The notes under the pieces are model-generated. The model saw only the letters and a list, made by a program, of their open reading frames with translations. It was not told the DNA's origin and did not search any database. Shown here piece by piece: positions 8,830 to 17,530 of a stretch of 64,000 nucleotides of DNA (the first letter of the stretch is position 1; every line of letters begins with the position of its first letter). Made by a program: the position numbers and the translations under genes. Source of the DNA: Candidatus Aenigmatarchaeota archaeon (GTDB lineage: Archaea; Aenigmatarchaeota; Aenigmatarchaeia; QMZP01; QMZT01); the NCBI GenBank assembly GCA_041489155.1, contig JBGPQP010000002.1, forward strand, positions 37,262 to 101,261, written 5' to 3'.

Positions 8830-10621
8830 TCACGTTGAGTTTCGGGTATACGCCAAGCGATTTAAGCTCATCCATGGTCAGCTTGAAAGCGTACGACGTC
8901 GAAACCCAGAGTATCTTTGAGTCCTTGCATATCGGGCAGTACGTCTTGTTCTTCGTCTTGTCGTGTATCGCGATGAGGCCGCATGACTGGCATATGGGCA
9001 GCGACGTTTCGTCGGAACTGAACCTTTCCTTAAGTGTCAGCGCCGCGCCATGTCCTACAAGGCATTGCTGCTCCATCTCGCCGAGGCGAAGGCCGCCGCG
9101 CTTTGAGCGCCCTTCTGTCGGCTGCCTCGTGAGCAGGGTGACCGGTCCTTTCGACCTGGCATGAATCTTGTCAGCTACCATGTGGTCCAGTTTCATGTAA
9201 TACACGACCCCCGTGAAAATCATGACCTCGAATTTCCTTCCAGTCCTTCCATCGTAAAGCGTTTCCTTGCCGTCGTCCCTGAAGCCAAGTCTCTTCATTT
9301 CCTTGCGGATGAAGTCCTCCTTCATGCCGGAGAAGGCTGACGCATCGATCCTGCTGCCTGCTATGGAGCCGTACTTTCCGGCAAGAAGCTCAAGCAGCTG
9401 GCTCACCGTCATCCTAGAAGGGATGCCGTGCGGATTGAAGACGATGTCAGGAACGATGCCTTCTTTTGTGAAGGGCATGTCTTCCTGCGAGACCAGCAGC
9501 GCAGTCACGCCTTTTTGGCCGTGCCTGGTTGCGAACTTGTCTCCTAGCTCAGGAATGCGCTCGTCCCTTGTCCTCACCTTGAACAGCTGCTCGCCGCTCG
9601 AGGTCTCGCTTATCAGTATCCTGTCGACTATGCCCCTCTCGCCGTATCTTATCGTGACAGATGATTCGCGCTTGTTCTCGATGTCAGTCGTGAAGTCGCC
9701 TCCTGTCAGGAAGCGGAGCGGCGAGGTCTTGCCTATGAGGACGGAATCGGATTCCACCGGCGTTTCCGGGTTTATGATGCCGTCTTCAGGGATTTCCTTG
9801 TAGGCTTCCTCTCCCCTGTAGCCCTTTATGCCCGGCTCGGGGATGCTTATTATGTCCTCCTGGCCACCCCAGTAACGCTTGCGGATGGTTTCATACGTCC
9901 TGAAGTAGAATGACCTGAACATGCCCCTGTCGACGGACGCCTTGTTAAGCACGACGGCGTCGTTCATGTTGAAGCCGTCCCAGCACATGACTGCGACGAC
10001 GATGTTCTGGCCGTAGGGATGCTGGCACAAAATCTTGTCCGTCGCGGTGTCGACAAGCGGCATCTGCGCATACGTGAGTATGTTGAACTTGGTGTCGGTC
10101 CTCACATGGAAATTGTCGATCGGTGCGCCTATCGCCTGGCCCACCATTTTCGCGCCGTAGTTGACGCGGTCGCCGCGGTTGTATTCCGGGTAAGGCGTAA
10201 GGCTTGCGGAAATGCCAAGGATTATGATGGGGTTGAGCTCGACATGCGTGTGCTCTTTCGTTATCTTGCTCTCGTCTATCGCTATAAGCGTGTTCTCCTC
10301 TTCCTCGGCATCGATGTATTCCACGATGCCGTGCTTCACCAGGAAGCTCCACGTTATCTTGCTCTTGCCGAGCTTGTCTACGTGGTCCTTCGTCAGCTTG
10401 GATTTCCCGTCCTCGACCACGACAAGCGGCCGCCTCGCGCGGCCGGAATCAGTGTTTATCCTTATCTCGTTGAACATGGGATGGAAGGAAACGTTCAGCT
10501 GGTCCGGGAGCAGGCCGTGCCTTCTCTTCTTTCTTAGTTCCACTGTCAGCTCCTCGGGCTTGTTGGTTGTGCCTATGAAGTTGCCATTGAAGTAAATATC
10601 GCTCTCGTTCTTTCCCTTCAT
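8819..10621 (-). CDS. rpoB1: DNA-directed RNA polymerase subunit B' (Rpo2C, C-terminal half of B)
   Basis: GDKFATRHGQKGV, RMTVSQLLE and a C-terminal zinc ribbon CQSCG...CPICK. 600 aa. Confidence 0.95.
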   Translation of the reverse strand: MKGKNESDIYFNGNFIGTTNKPEELTVELRKKRRHGLLPDQLNVSFHPMFNEIRINTDSGRARRPLVVVEDGKSKLTKDHVDKLGKSKITWSFLVKHGIVEYIDAEEEENTLIAIDESKITKEHTHVELNPIIILGISASLTPYPEYNRGDRVNYGAKMVGQAIGAPIDNFHVRTDTKFNILTYAQMPLVDTATDKILCQHPYGQNIVVAVMCWDGFNMNDAVVLNKASVDRGMFRSFYFRTYETIRKRYWGGQEDIISIPEPGIKGYRGEEAYKEIPEDGIINPETPVESDSVLIGKTSPLRFLTGGDFTTDIENKRESSVTIRYGERGIVDRILISETSSGEQLFKVRTRDERIPELGDKFATRHGQKGVTALLVSQEDMPFTKEGIVPDIVFNPHGIPSRMTVSQLLELLAGKYGSIAGSRIDASAFSGMKEDFIRKEMKRLGFRDDGKETLYDGRTGRKFEVMIFTGVVYYMKLDHMVADKIHARSKGPVTLLTRQPTEGRSKRGGLRLGEMEQQCLVGHGAALTLKERFSSDETSLPICQSCGLIAIHDKTKNKTYCPICKDSKILWVSTSYAFKLTMDELKSLGVYPKLNVIEI

Positions 10622-12081
10622 TTTGCTTCACCCTTCAAAAGGCTGATTATAGCGTCTTCTTCCTCTTTCGAAATGCCCGGCGTTATTTCAGTGAGCAGCG
10701 CCAAGTGCTTCCTTAAACCGATGGAGCTTCCTTCTGGCGTTTCAGCCGGGCATAGCCTTCCCCACTCGGTCGGATGTATCTGCCTTGCCTTGAAATGCTC
10801 CTGCGTCGGCGTAAGCGGCGAGAGGACCGAGCGCAGGTGCGAAACCGTCTTTATGTAGGAGCTCCTGTCCAGCCGCTGTGACACGCCCGTTCGCCCGCCA
10901 ATCCAGGTCCCTGTCGCCAGCGACGAAAGAATCTGTTTCGTCACCGTGTTCGCCTCGATTATCGATTGCACGGACGGGAACTTGCCGCGCTTTACGAGTT
11001 TCTGGTAGTTGTACGTCATCTTCGCTATCAGGCCCCATCTTCCAAGGAGAATCGATCTGAAAAGCTGCTCGAAAAGCTCGCCTGACATGAGCAGGCGCTT
11101 GTTCGAATAATGGTCTATGTCGTCTTCCGGCGAGATGTCGAGTTTTACGGAAATGCATTTCCTTATGATCCTCGCCAGGTACTTGCTCTTCCTCAGCCTG
11201 TCGCCGACCTCTTGGCCCAGATGCGGCAGGAGGTAGCGGTCAAGTATCTGGTTAACCCGCTCTTCTATGTAATCCTTTGTGACCTTCAGCTTCTTGCCTA
11301 TGAAATCGACCGCTTCCTCGGTCGTGATGACGTCGGTTTCGTAAAGGTTCGTATAAAATTCATTCAGTATCCTGTCGTCTCTCGAGACCAGGTCGCACAG
11401 CTCCTTGTCGTTCTCAAGGCTCAGCGCTTTCAGCAGAACAACAATGGGGAGTTTCTTGATATTGGCAAAAGAAATCGTTATTTCACCGTCGGGTTTCATC
11501 TCGACGAGGTGCCTCTGCTTGAAGCCCGAGCGCTCGGAGTTTATCCTCACCGAGACGCCGTCTTCCTCAGTCTTTTCGAAAATCGGCTTGTTTGATGAGA
11601 TTTCCTCTATAAGAACAAGTACTCTTTCGGTCCCGTTGACAACAAAGTATCCGCCCGGATCAGTTGGGTCCTCGCCGGCCGCGATGAGCTCCTCGTCGCT
11701 TATGCCGTTGAGGTTGCATATCTTTGATTTTACCATGACAGGCAAATCGCCGACGTGGACATTCTCCGATTTCTCCTGCACGCCGTTGAATATGGGTGTT
11801 ATCTTGACGAATATGGGAGCCATGTAGTTGAGGTTGCGTACTCTCGCCTCGTTGGGGAAAATCGCGCGGCTCGAGCCGTCGGCTTCGTGCACGACCGGCT
11901 TGCCGAGCGTGACCTCGCCGAACTTGATTTTGAGGTCTTCCTTGTCCTGCGCGACTCGTATCGTCCCGACCTCGTTGATTATCTTCTGCAGGCCGAAGTC
12001 GATGAAGTTGTTGAAGGACTCTATCTGATACTTGACCCACTCCCTCTCCTTCCCGAAACCGCCAACGATAGCTACAATCAT
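10618..12081 (-). CDS. rpoB2: DNA-directed RNA polymerase subunit B'' (Rpo2N, N-terminal half of B)
   Basis: N-terminal Rpb2 blocks (QIESFNNFI..., DPGGYFVVNGTERVLV, RLCPAETPEG). ATGA overlap with rpoB' at 10618-10621. Confidence 0.95.
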   Translation of the reverse strand: MIVAIVGGFGKEREWVKYQIESFNNFIDFGLQKIINEVGTIRVAQDKEDLKIKFGEVTLGKPVVHEADGSSRAIFPNEARVRNLNYMAPIFVKITPIFNGVQEKSENVHVGDLPVMVKSKICNLNGISDEELIAAGEDPTDPGGYFVVNGTERVLVLIEEISSNKPIFEKTEEDGVSVRINSERSGFKQRHLVEMKPDGEITISFANIKKLPIVVLLKALSLENDKELCDLVSRDDRILNEFYTNLYETDVITTEEAVDFIGKKLKVTKDYIEERVNQILDRYLLPHLGQEVGDRLRKSKYLARIIRKCISVKLDISPEDDIDHYSNKRLLMSGELFEQLFRSILLGRWGLIAKMTYNYQKLVKRGKFPSVQSIIEANTVTKQILSSLATGTWIGGRTGVSQRLDRSSYIKTVSHLRSVLSPLTPTQEHFKARQIHPTEWGRLCPAETPEGSSIGLRKHLALLTEITPGISKEEEDAIISLLKGEAK

Positions 12082-12097
12082 GTTTCAACGCATCCGT

Positions 12098-12331
12098 TTA
12101 AACAACGATTCTGTAATACACGTATTCTCCGGCAACTTCCGACATCCGCTTTATCTCGAGAAGATCGCCCTTCTTCGCGCCTATTTTCTCAATAATCGGG
12201 TCCAGACCAAGAATCTTAGGCAGCTTGTCGGGTGTGGTCCTGAATTTCTCAAGGATTGTCTTTTTTTCCTCTTCAGAAAGAACTCTGAATTTTGGCACTA
12301 GCACATGATCCAAAATGTTAAATGTGACCAC
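12098..12331 (-). CDS. rpoH: DNA-directed RNA polymerase subunit H (Rpo5)
   Basis: HVLVPKFRVLSEEEKKTILEKF...LPKILGLDPI...GDLLEIKR matches the Rpb5 C-terminal domain. 77 aa, first gene of the rpo operon. Confidence 0.9.
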   Translation of the reverse strand: MVTFNILDHVLVPKFRVLSEEEKKTILEKFRTTPDKLPKILGLDPIIEKIGAKKGDLLEIKRMSEVAGEYVYYRIVV

Positions 12332-12490
12332 CCTTTAACTCTCGAGGCTCAGCAGCCGGGACCGGAGTTAACAGATATACTGTACAGTACGTTGGTTATT
12401 AAGTTAATTAAATGGCACAAGCATTTAAATACTTTTCGGATTTATGATTTCTGGGCTTTGCACACGCTTTCAATGACAAAAAAGATGAAA

Positions 12491-12660
12491 TGGGCCCGGC
12501 GGGAATCGAACCCGCGACCCCCAGATATCTTTCCGCACCGTATTCTGTCATCAACAAAAACGCAGACCTACACAGGTGAAACCTGTGTCATGCGCTTGTT
12601 TCAGCATACTTTTATCCAACAGATAAAAGTCTGGTGCTCTACCGATTGAGCTACGAGCCC
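12491..12660 (-). tRNA. tRNA-Lys(UUU) with a 97-nt intron at the canonical 37/38 position
   Basis: Minus strand: GGGCTCG TA GCTC AATCGGTA GAGC A CCAGA CTTTTA [intron] A TCTGG GGGTC GCGGG TTCGATT CCCGC CGGGCCC A. All four stems pair. No encoded CCA. Confidence 0.85.
12527..12623 (-). other. intron of tRNA-Lys (97 nt)
   Basis: Lies between A37 (12624) and A38 (12526). Contains a perfect 8-bp hairpin ACACAGGT-TTC-ACCTGTGT. The boundary is ambiguous by a few nt because TCTG occurs at both ends. Confidence 0.7.
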
Positions 12661-12701
12661 ACGAAGCGAAAGGCACAGGCTTCGCCTATATGCCAATCAC
12701 A

Positions 12702-12774
12702 CGCCCTGGCCGGGATTTGAACCCGGGTCCTCGGAGTGACAGTCCGAGATGATAGACCACTACACTACCAGGGC
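12702..12774 (-). tRNA. tRNA-Asp(GUC), intron-less
   Basis: Minus strand: GCCCTGG TA GTGT AGTGGTCTA TCAT C TCGGA CTGTCAC TCCGA GGAC CCGGG TTCAAAT CCCGG CCAGGGC G. Has the G10:U25 wobble typical of tRNA-Asp. Confidence 0.9.
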
Positions 12775-12892
12775 ACCGTATTTAGCTTGTGCTTGTTTGC
12801 CAGTGTTATATGTATTATTTCTAATCGAGTCCGATATTTATAAGTTTAACAAACACAGAAAGCCAAAAAGCAAAAAGGATAAAATTAACAGT

Positions 12893-13007
12893 AGTGAGCA
12901 GCTATCTGGATTTCCCCCTTTTCAGGAGTACTTTCCAGACCGCCGGGGAGTTTAACTTCCGTGTTCGAAATGGGAACGGGTGAACCTCCCCACTTTGGCC
13001 GCTCGTA
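12893..13007 (-). rRNA. rrf: 5S ribosomal RNA (ends approximate)
   Basis: Minus strand reads GAGCGGCCAAAGTGGGGAGGTTCACCCGTTCCCATTTCGAACACGGAAGTTAAACTCCCCGGCGG...CCAGATAGCTGCTC. It holds the conserved CCCGUUCCCAUUUCGAACACGGAAGUUAA block and a terminal helix GAGCGGC/GCTGCTC. Confidence 0.75.
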
Positions 13008-13326
13008 ATTTTATTGCTTGTCACTCTTTATAAGCTTTGCGCCTTTCGCTGGATATTCCCAGTATATTCTCCTGTGTGTCGTTGCTTTCTAGACCGGAGA
13101 AAAAGTTTGGTCCGGCCTAGACCTTGAGCATGATTATGAGGACAATGGCCAAGGCTATGCCAGCCATGTACAGCCTTCTCTCAAGCCTTGCCATGTTTAT
13201 GCTCATGAAATCACGAAGTTGAAGTATATTATGAAGGTTAACCTTTTTATACATGACCCCTTTGTCTCGTTCGCTTTTTAGGTTTTGTATTATGAGAGGA
13301 AGAAAAAGAAATCCCCCGGGTGAGAT

Positions 13327-13392
13327 TTGTTCCGCAGCTTATCTTTTGCTCCACAGCTTTTGCGCAAGCGGGAGCTGCCGGAAAAGCTGAGC
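13327..13392 (-). other. tRNA-Tyr intron 2 (non-canonical, in the T-loop, 66 nt)
   Basis: Removing it restores the T-arm GTGAG-TTCAAAT-CTCAC. The intron itself folds (TTCCGGCAGCT pairs with AGCTGCGGAA; GCTCC pairs with GGAGC). The exact junction is ambiguous within a run of A residues. Confidence 0.65.
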
Positions 13393-13413
13393 TTGAACTC
13401 ACAGCCTATCGGT

Positions 13414-13477
13414 TTCTGAGCGACTGCGAACGACCAACGCACTCGTTAAACCGAGTTTTCAGTCACCGCGCGAAAGT
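13414..13477 (-). other. tRNA-Tyr intron 1 (canonical 37/38 position, 64 nt)
   Basis: Removing it restores the 7-nt loop CTGTAGA and the 5-bp stem ATCGG/CCGAT. Confidence 0.7.
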
Positions 13478-13593
13478 CTACAGCCGATCGCTCTACCAGG
13501 TTGAGCTACCGAGGGATTCGATAACTACGCGGATTGCGCGTAATACTATATAAACTGAAGCAGAATTTAAATTTAACAATTGCTCTTTTGCCG

Positions 13594-14937
13594 CTACTCA
13601 AGAACTACTTCCCTGGAGAAAACCCTGATTTTCGTTTCCTCGTCCGTCCTGTAGCTCAGGGTCGCCCTAGGCATTTTGAGCTGCGCCTCAATAAGGGGTT
13701 GTATCCTGTAGGAAAGGTATATCTCGCTCCTTGGCCTTAAATCGCCCAAGCTCCATATCAGTTCTGTCCCGGTCTCGCTCTCTCTCACGACAGGCTTCGG
13801 GCCGCCGAATTCAGGTATAACTCTGCCCAGCGGGGAAACCCAGTCCTTGACTATGACGCCTTTTATGCCGCTTGCCACAGGGCCCTTTATCTGCAGGACG
13901 ATGGTGTGCTCGTTCCTCTTCCTGACGTGCCTTTTCTTTATGTTCGGCGTCCTGACCTTGACAACTCCCATGCCCAGCAGCGCGACCAGGCAGAAAACCA
14001 TGATGAAAGCGCCTACAAGCATCGGAAGCCTGTTTATGTTGTATCTTACCGTTACGCTCTTGCCGACCGCGAGGCCTTCAAGCTTCCAGTTGTAATTAAC
14101 GTTACTGCCCTCAACATACGCGTTGGTGGGGTTGTTGCCAAAATCGACATACTGATTCGTCTGCACGGTGTCCTTTACATTGTAGTCCTCGATTGTGTTG
14201 CCCTCATTCGTTACGGTTATGACGACCTCTTGGCCGAAGGGCGTTGAGACTGTCTCCCTCTTCGTCAAGACGTTGTGTACGGGTTGTATGTAAAAGCTCG
14301 TCTCGCTTTTGACATCGAACTGGGGTATGACCGTTCTGACATAATAATTGCCGGCAAGCAGATCGCCGACTGGAACAGTTTTCTTTATTTCTTTTGTTCC
14401 CTCTATCACTTCCGTCATCTCCGAGTACTGTACCCTGTTTTCATTGCTGTCCAAGATCTCAAGCGGTATGGTTATTGTCCTTTTCTCCTTGGCCGTGATT
14501 TTCATGCTTATCTGGAGATCGCTGCCCACCTTCTGGCTGGTAAACTCGACAATTTTCAGCTCTTTCTCAGGAGCGACTTTAAGCGTTATGATTTTCGAAG
14601 CCCTTTCATTTTCGTTGTTTCTCGAATAAACGAGGACCTCGAAGTCGTAGGAGTTTTCAAGGCTGGGGTAAAAGTAAACCTTGACGTTGCGTGTTTCGGA
14701 GGGCTGTACCGTCACGTAATAACTCTCGAGATTCAGCCACTCCAGATGCGGACCCAGAACGGTGATGACATATCCGTCAGTGTAGTAATTGTCGTTGCTT
14801 ACATGTATCGTGTACCAAGCCTGCTCGTTGACCGAAGTTTCGCCAACGGAAGGCGATACGTCAAGCGTCACTGCTTGGGCGGAATTCAAGAAAAACAAGA
14901 GTGATATAAAGGAGGCTAAAAATAATATTTTCTTCAT
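13594..14937 (-). CDS. secreted/membrane-anchored beta-rich surface protein (CARDB/DUF11-like architecture)
   Basis: Signal peptide MKKILFLASFISLLFFLNSAQA, a beta-rich ectodomain, one TM (LPMLVGAFIMVFCLVALLGMGVV) and a basic stop-transfer KKRHVRKR followed by a cytoplasmic domain. Confidence 0.6.
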   Translation of the reverse strand: MKKILFLASFISLLFFLNSAQAVTLDVSPSVGETSVNEQAWYTIHVSNDNYYTDGYVITVLGPHLEWLNLESYYVTVQPSETRNVKVYFYPSLENSYDFEVLVYSRNNENERASKIITLKVAPEKELKIVEFTSQKVGSDLQISMKITAKEKRTITIPLEILDSNENRVQYSEMTEVIEGTKEIKKTVPVGDLLAGNYYVRTVIPQFDVKSETSFYIQPVHNVLTKRETVSTPFGQEVVITVTNEGNTIEDYNVKDTVQTNQYVDFGNNPTNAYVEGSNVNYNWKLEGLAVGKSVTVRYNINRLPMLVGAFIMVFCLVALLGMGVVKVRTPNIKKRHVRKRNEHTIVLQIKGPVASGIKGVIVKDWVSPLGRVIPEFGGPKPVVRESETGTELIWSLGDLRPRSEIYLSYRIQPLIEAQLKMPRATLSYRTDEETKIRVFSREVVLE

Positions 14938-15085
14938 GTGTATTTTATCGCGCGCAGCTTTAAATTATTTTACTGTATACTGTTTTACCTATAACTATCT
15001 ATAATTTTGCACCAGCCGCAAAAAAGCTCACCCGGGAAGACAAAATACAGGGAAAATTTTTAAAAGCAGGCTTACAATTAAGATT

Positions 15086-15769
15086 ATGAAACCTGCGAAA
15101 CCCGTATTGCTGATTAACCTTAAGACCTACGAAGAAGGTACAGGCAAGAACGCGCTGTCACTCGCGCGAACAGCCGCCTCGCTGGCCAACGAAGATGTGG
15201 AAATAATACTGGCAGCGCAGCCGATGGACATACGCGCTGTCACGGAAAGCGTGAGCATCCCCGTCTTCGCGCAGCACATCGACCCCGTGACCTACGGCTC
15301 GCGCACGGGCTGGATATTGCCCGAAGCGGTCAAGGCGGCAGGGGCGAAGGGCACGCTGCTCAACCATTCTGAAAGGCGCATCGACATTGAGACTATAAAA
15401 AAATCCCTCGCGCGTTGCAGGGAGGCCGGGCTAACGACGGTGGTGTGCGCCGAAACGCCGGAGAAGGCAAAGGAAATCGCTGCACTGCATCCTGATTATA
15501 TTGCGATAGAGCCTCCGGAACTCATCGGAGGCGACATCTCGGTCTCAAAGGCGAGGCCGGAAGTAATAACAGAATCCGTCGAGAAAGTCAATTCCGTCGC
15601 CCGCATTCCCGTGCTGTGCGGAGCCGGCGTAAAAGACGCGGAAGACGTGAGGAAAGCGATCGAGCTTGGCGCAAAAGGCATACTGGTCGCTTCCGGTGTG
15701 ATAAAAACGAAAAACCAGAAGGAAGCGATAATCGATCTTCTGAAGGGCTTCGGAAGGAGCAGGGAGTGA
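15086..15769 (+). CDS. tpiA: triosephosphate isomerase, archaeal type
   Basis: LINLKTYEEGTG, LLNHSERR and IAIEPPELIGG are archaeal TIM motifs. 227 aa (short archaeal form). Confidence 0.9.
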   Translation: MKPAKPVLLINLKTYEEGTGKNALSLARTAASLANEDVEIILAAQPMDIRAVTESVSIPVFAQHIDPVTYGSRTGWILPEAVKAAGAKGTLLNHSERRIDIETIKKSLARCREAGLTTVVCAETPEKAKEIAALHPDYIAIEPPELIGGDISVSKARPEVITESVEKVNSVARIPVLCGAGVKDAEDVRKAIELGAKGILVASGVIKTKNQKEAIIDLLKGFGRSRE

Positions 15770-15773
15770 AAAA

Positions 15774-16277
15774 ATGTACGAGCACTACATCTTCTCTCCG
15801 TGCAGGATGAACTGGATAAAAGGCAGCAAGAAAAAAAACAAAAACGCTGGCTGCGTCTTCTGCAAAATCGCGAAAGGCAACAAACAAATACCGCAGAAGG
15901 TCCTGTACAAATCGCGGACTTTGATGGTACTCATGAACGTCTTTCCTTACAACACCGGCCACCTGCAGGTGATGCCTGCAAGGCACGCAGAGAAGCTTGA
16001 AGACCTGAGCGACGATGAAATCTCTTCGCTTTTTATAATGGTCAAGAAATGTGTCAGGCTCCTGAAAAAGATCGTCAAGCCCGACGGCTTCAACATCGGC
16101 ATCAACTTGGGAGGCGATGCCGGCGGCGCGAGCGTACATCATCTGCACATTCACATTGTCCCGCGCTTCCGCAGGGATCTGGGCTTCATGGAATCAATTG
16201 CCGACACGAAGGTTCTCCCATCTACGCTTGACCAGACCTACAAAGAACTGAAAAAAGCAGTAAAGATGCTGGAATGA
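15774..16277 (+). CDS. HIT-family nucleotide hydrolase/transferase
   Basis: Histidine triad VHHLHIHIVPR; N-terminal CVFC motif. Starts 4 nt after the tpiA stop. Confidence 0.85.
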   Translation: MYEHYIFSPCRMNWIKGSKKKNKNAGCVFCKIAKGNKQIPQKVLYKSRTLMVLMNVFPYNTGHLQVMPARHAEKLEDLSDDEISSLFIMVKKCVRLLKKIVKPDGFNIGINLGGDAGGASVHHLHIHIVPRFRRDLGFMESIADTKVLPSTLDQTYKELKKAVKMLE

Positions 16278-16299
16278 GCAGGCTATTTCTTTTTGCTTC

Positions 16300-17418
16300 T
16301 TACTTGTTTTCCCCGCGGACTATGAATTTATTGTCAAGTTCCTTCATGATCTCGACTATGCCGCCGTATTCCAGCTCGCTGTAGGGCAGCATCGCCGGGC
16401 CGGAGAAGCCCTGGCGCCTAATCTCGTGCGCCTTCCTGGCGACTCTTCTCCTGACATAGTCCCAGTATGGGTGGTCAAAAGCGTCAGCCGCTTCCGTCAG
16501 CTTGCCGTCGTGTATGCAGAAGGCAGCGCAGCTCACGATAGGCGGGCCGTCGAAGAAGGATATCGACGAGTTGAGCTTCACGGGCATCAGAGGTCCGATA
16601 TGCGAGCCTCGCATGAAGCCAGCTACATAATGGCCTATAGTGAATGGCGAAAGCACCTCGCCTGTCGCCGGGAAATCTTTCTGCACGCGCACCAGCATTA
16701 TCGGATCGTCCTTGCCTGTGTATTTGCCCGCGATGTTGTGCAGCCTCGTTGTGCTGACTGATACTGCAATGTCTTTGGTGTTTCTGGATTGTATCGATTC
16801 GACCACGAACCTGTTGTTGTCGCGCAAAAGCGCGGCGATCTTGTACGCGTCTTCCGGCGTGTTGAGCTCTATTACCCTGTCGCCTTTCGTGTGCTCGACG
16901 TCCATGATGGTGAAGCGGAAGCCTTTTCCCATGCCGCTGCTGAGCAGCAGGCCCGCGCAGTGCATAGGGTCGGAGAAGGCGAGATACAACGGAAGATTGT
17001 ACGCGCCGGGCTCGGTCTTGTCGGCAGCGAAGAAAAGGAACGGTTCGTTGGGGCGCTCCTCAAACTCCATTTCAGCGACGGCCGGACCCATGCCCTTCAC
17101 GTTGCCTGAAAACGAGTCCTTCAGCAGGTCCTGACCGGCGCCGTAAAGACCCTGGTTCTTCGCAACCAGCGTGCCTGCCTTGAACGCTTCCCACGCCAGC
17201 TTGTGTATCTTCTCGTTGCCCTTCCCGAGCGTGTGCGTCATCAGAATCGCGATGTCGTCGCCCGTGTAGCTGATGTAATAATCCTTGAGCAGGCCCTTGC
17301 CGTATTCCCTTATATAATCGAGAACCGTCTCCATGAGCAGCCTGCTCGGCTTTATGTGGCCGCCTATGCTGCCCACATCGGCTTTTATGGCAGAAACAGT
17401 GATCTTCATAACCAACAC
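16300..17418 (-). CDS. fbp: bifunctional fructose-1,6-bisphosphate aldolase/phosphatase (class V FBPase)
   Basis: MKITVSAIKADVGSIGGH... N-terminus and overall similarity to archaeal FBPA/P, about 370 aa. The start may be the Met at 17409. Confidence 0.9.
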   Translation of the reverse strand: MLVMKITVSAIKADVGSIGGHIKPSRLLMETVLDYIREYGKGLLKDYYISYTGDDIAILMTHTLGKGNEKIHKLAWEAFKAGTLVAKNQGLYGAGQDLLKDSFSGNVKGMGPAVAEMEFEERPNEPFLFFAADKTEPGAYNLPLYLAFSDPMHCAGLLLSSGMGKGFRFTIMDVEHTKGDRVIELNTPEDAYKIAALLRDNNRFVVESIQSRNTKDIAVSVSTTRLHNIAGKYTGKDDPIMLVRVQKDFPATGEVLSPFTIGHYVAGFMRGSHIGPLMPVKLNSSISFFDGPPIVSCAAFCIHDGKLTEAADAFDHPYWDYVRRRVARKAHEIRRQGFSGPAMLPYSELEYGGIVEIMKELDNKFIVRGENK

Positions 17419-17530
17419 CTCCGCTCGCTTCTGAACGCATGCGTCAGAGCCTGTTAGTTAAATCTGCGCAGTACGCAATAAAAAGTTTTCGGGAAGCTGG
17501 AAAACAGTCTTCCGCTGCTTTTAGAAGCCG

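Larger units (their letters stand above)
13312..13515 (-). tRNA. tRNA-Tyr(GUA) with two introns (anticodon loop and T-loop)
   Basis: Minus strand: CCCTCGG TA GCTC AACCTGGTA GAGC G ATCGG CTGTAG [64 nt] A CCGAT AGGCT GTGAG TTCAA [66 nt] AT CTCAC CCGGGGG A. The C1:G72 pair is the archaeal/eukaryal tRNA-Tyr identity element. Mature length 74 nt. Confidence 0.8.

Noticed and set aside
10618-10621. The rpoB split as a frameshift or pseudogene
   Set aside because: Both halves are intact with conserved motifs and meet in a clean ATGA stop/start overlap. Naturally split B''/B' subunits are well known in archaea.
6665-11827. Numerous 60-240-aa ORFs in other frames across the rpoA and rpoB genes
   Set aside because: All are nested within or antisense to strongly supported RNAP subunit genes, and they show R/H/P-rich or low-complexity shadow composition.
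12527-12623. C/D-box sRNA inside the tRNA-Lys intron (a CUGA and a UGAUGA are present)
   Set aside because: The order is CUGA then UGAUGA, with about 46 nt and a hairpin between them. Even after circular permutation the spacing is about 40 nt. This does not fit the compact C-guide-D'/C'-guide-D layout, and only one copy of each box is present. It could be revisited with RNA-seq.
12305-12649. 114-aa plus-strand ORF, and likewise the ORFs at 12749-12955 and 13320-13553
   Set aside because: They overlap tRNA-Lys, tRNA-Asp/5S rRNA and tRNA-Tyr respectively. The RNA gene interpretation explains the sequence far better.
13117-13206. 29-codon minus-strand ORF (MSINMARLERRLYMAGIALAIVLIIMLKV) between tRNA-Tyr and 5S rRNA
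   Set aside because: It is a plausible tiny TM peptide but has no supporting motif, conservation or clear promoter. It is too short to call from sequence alone.
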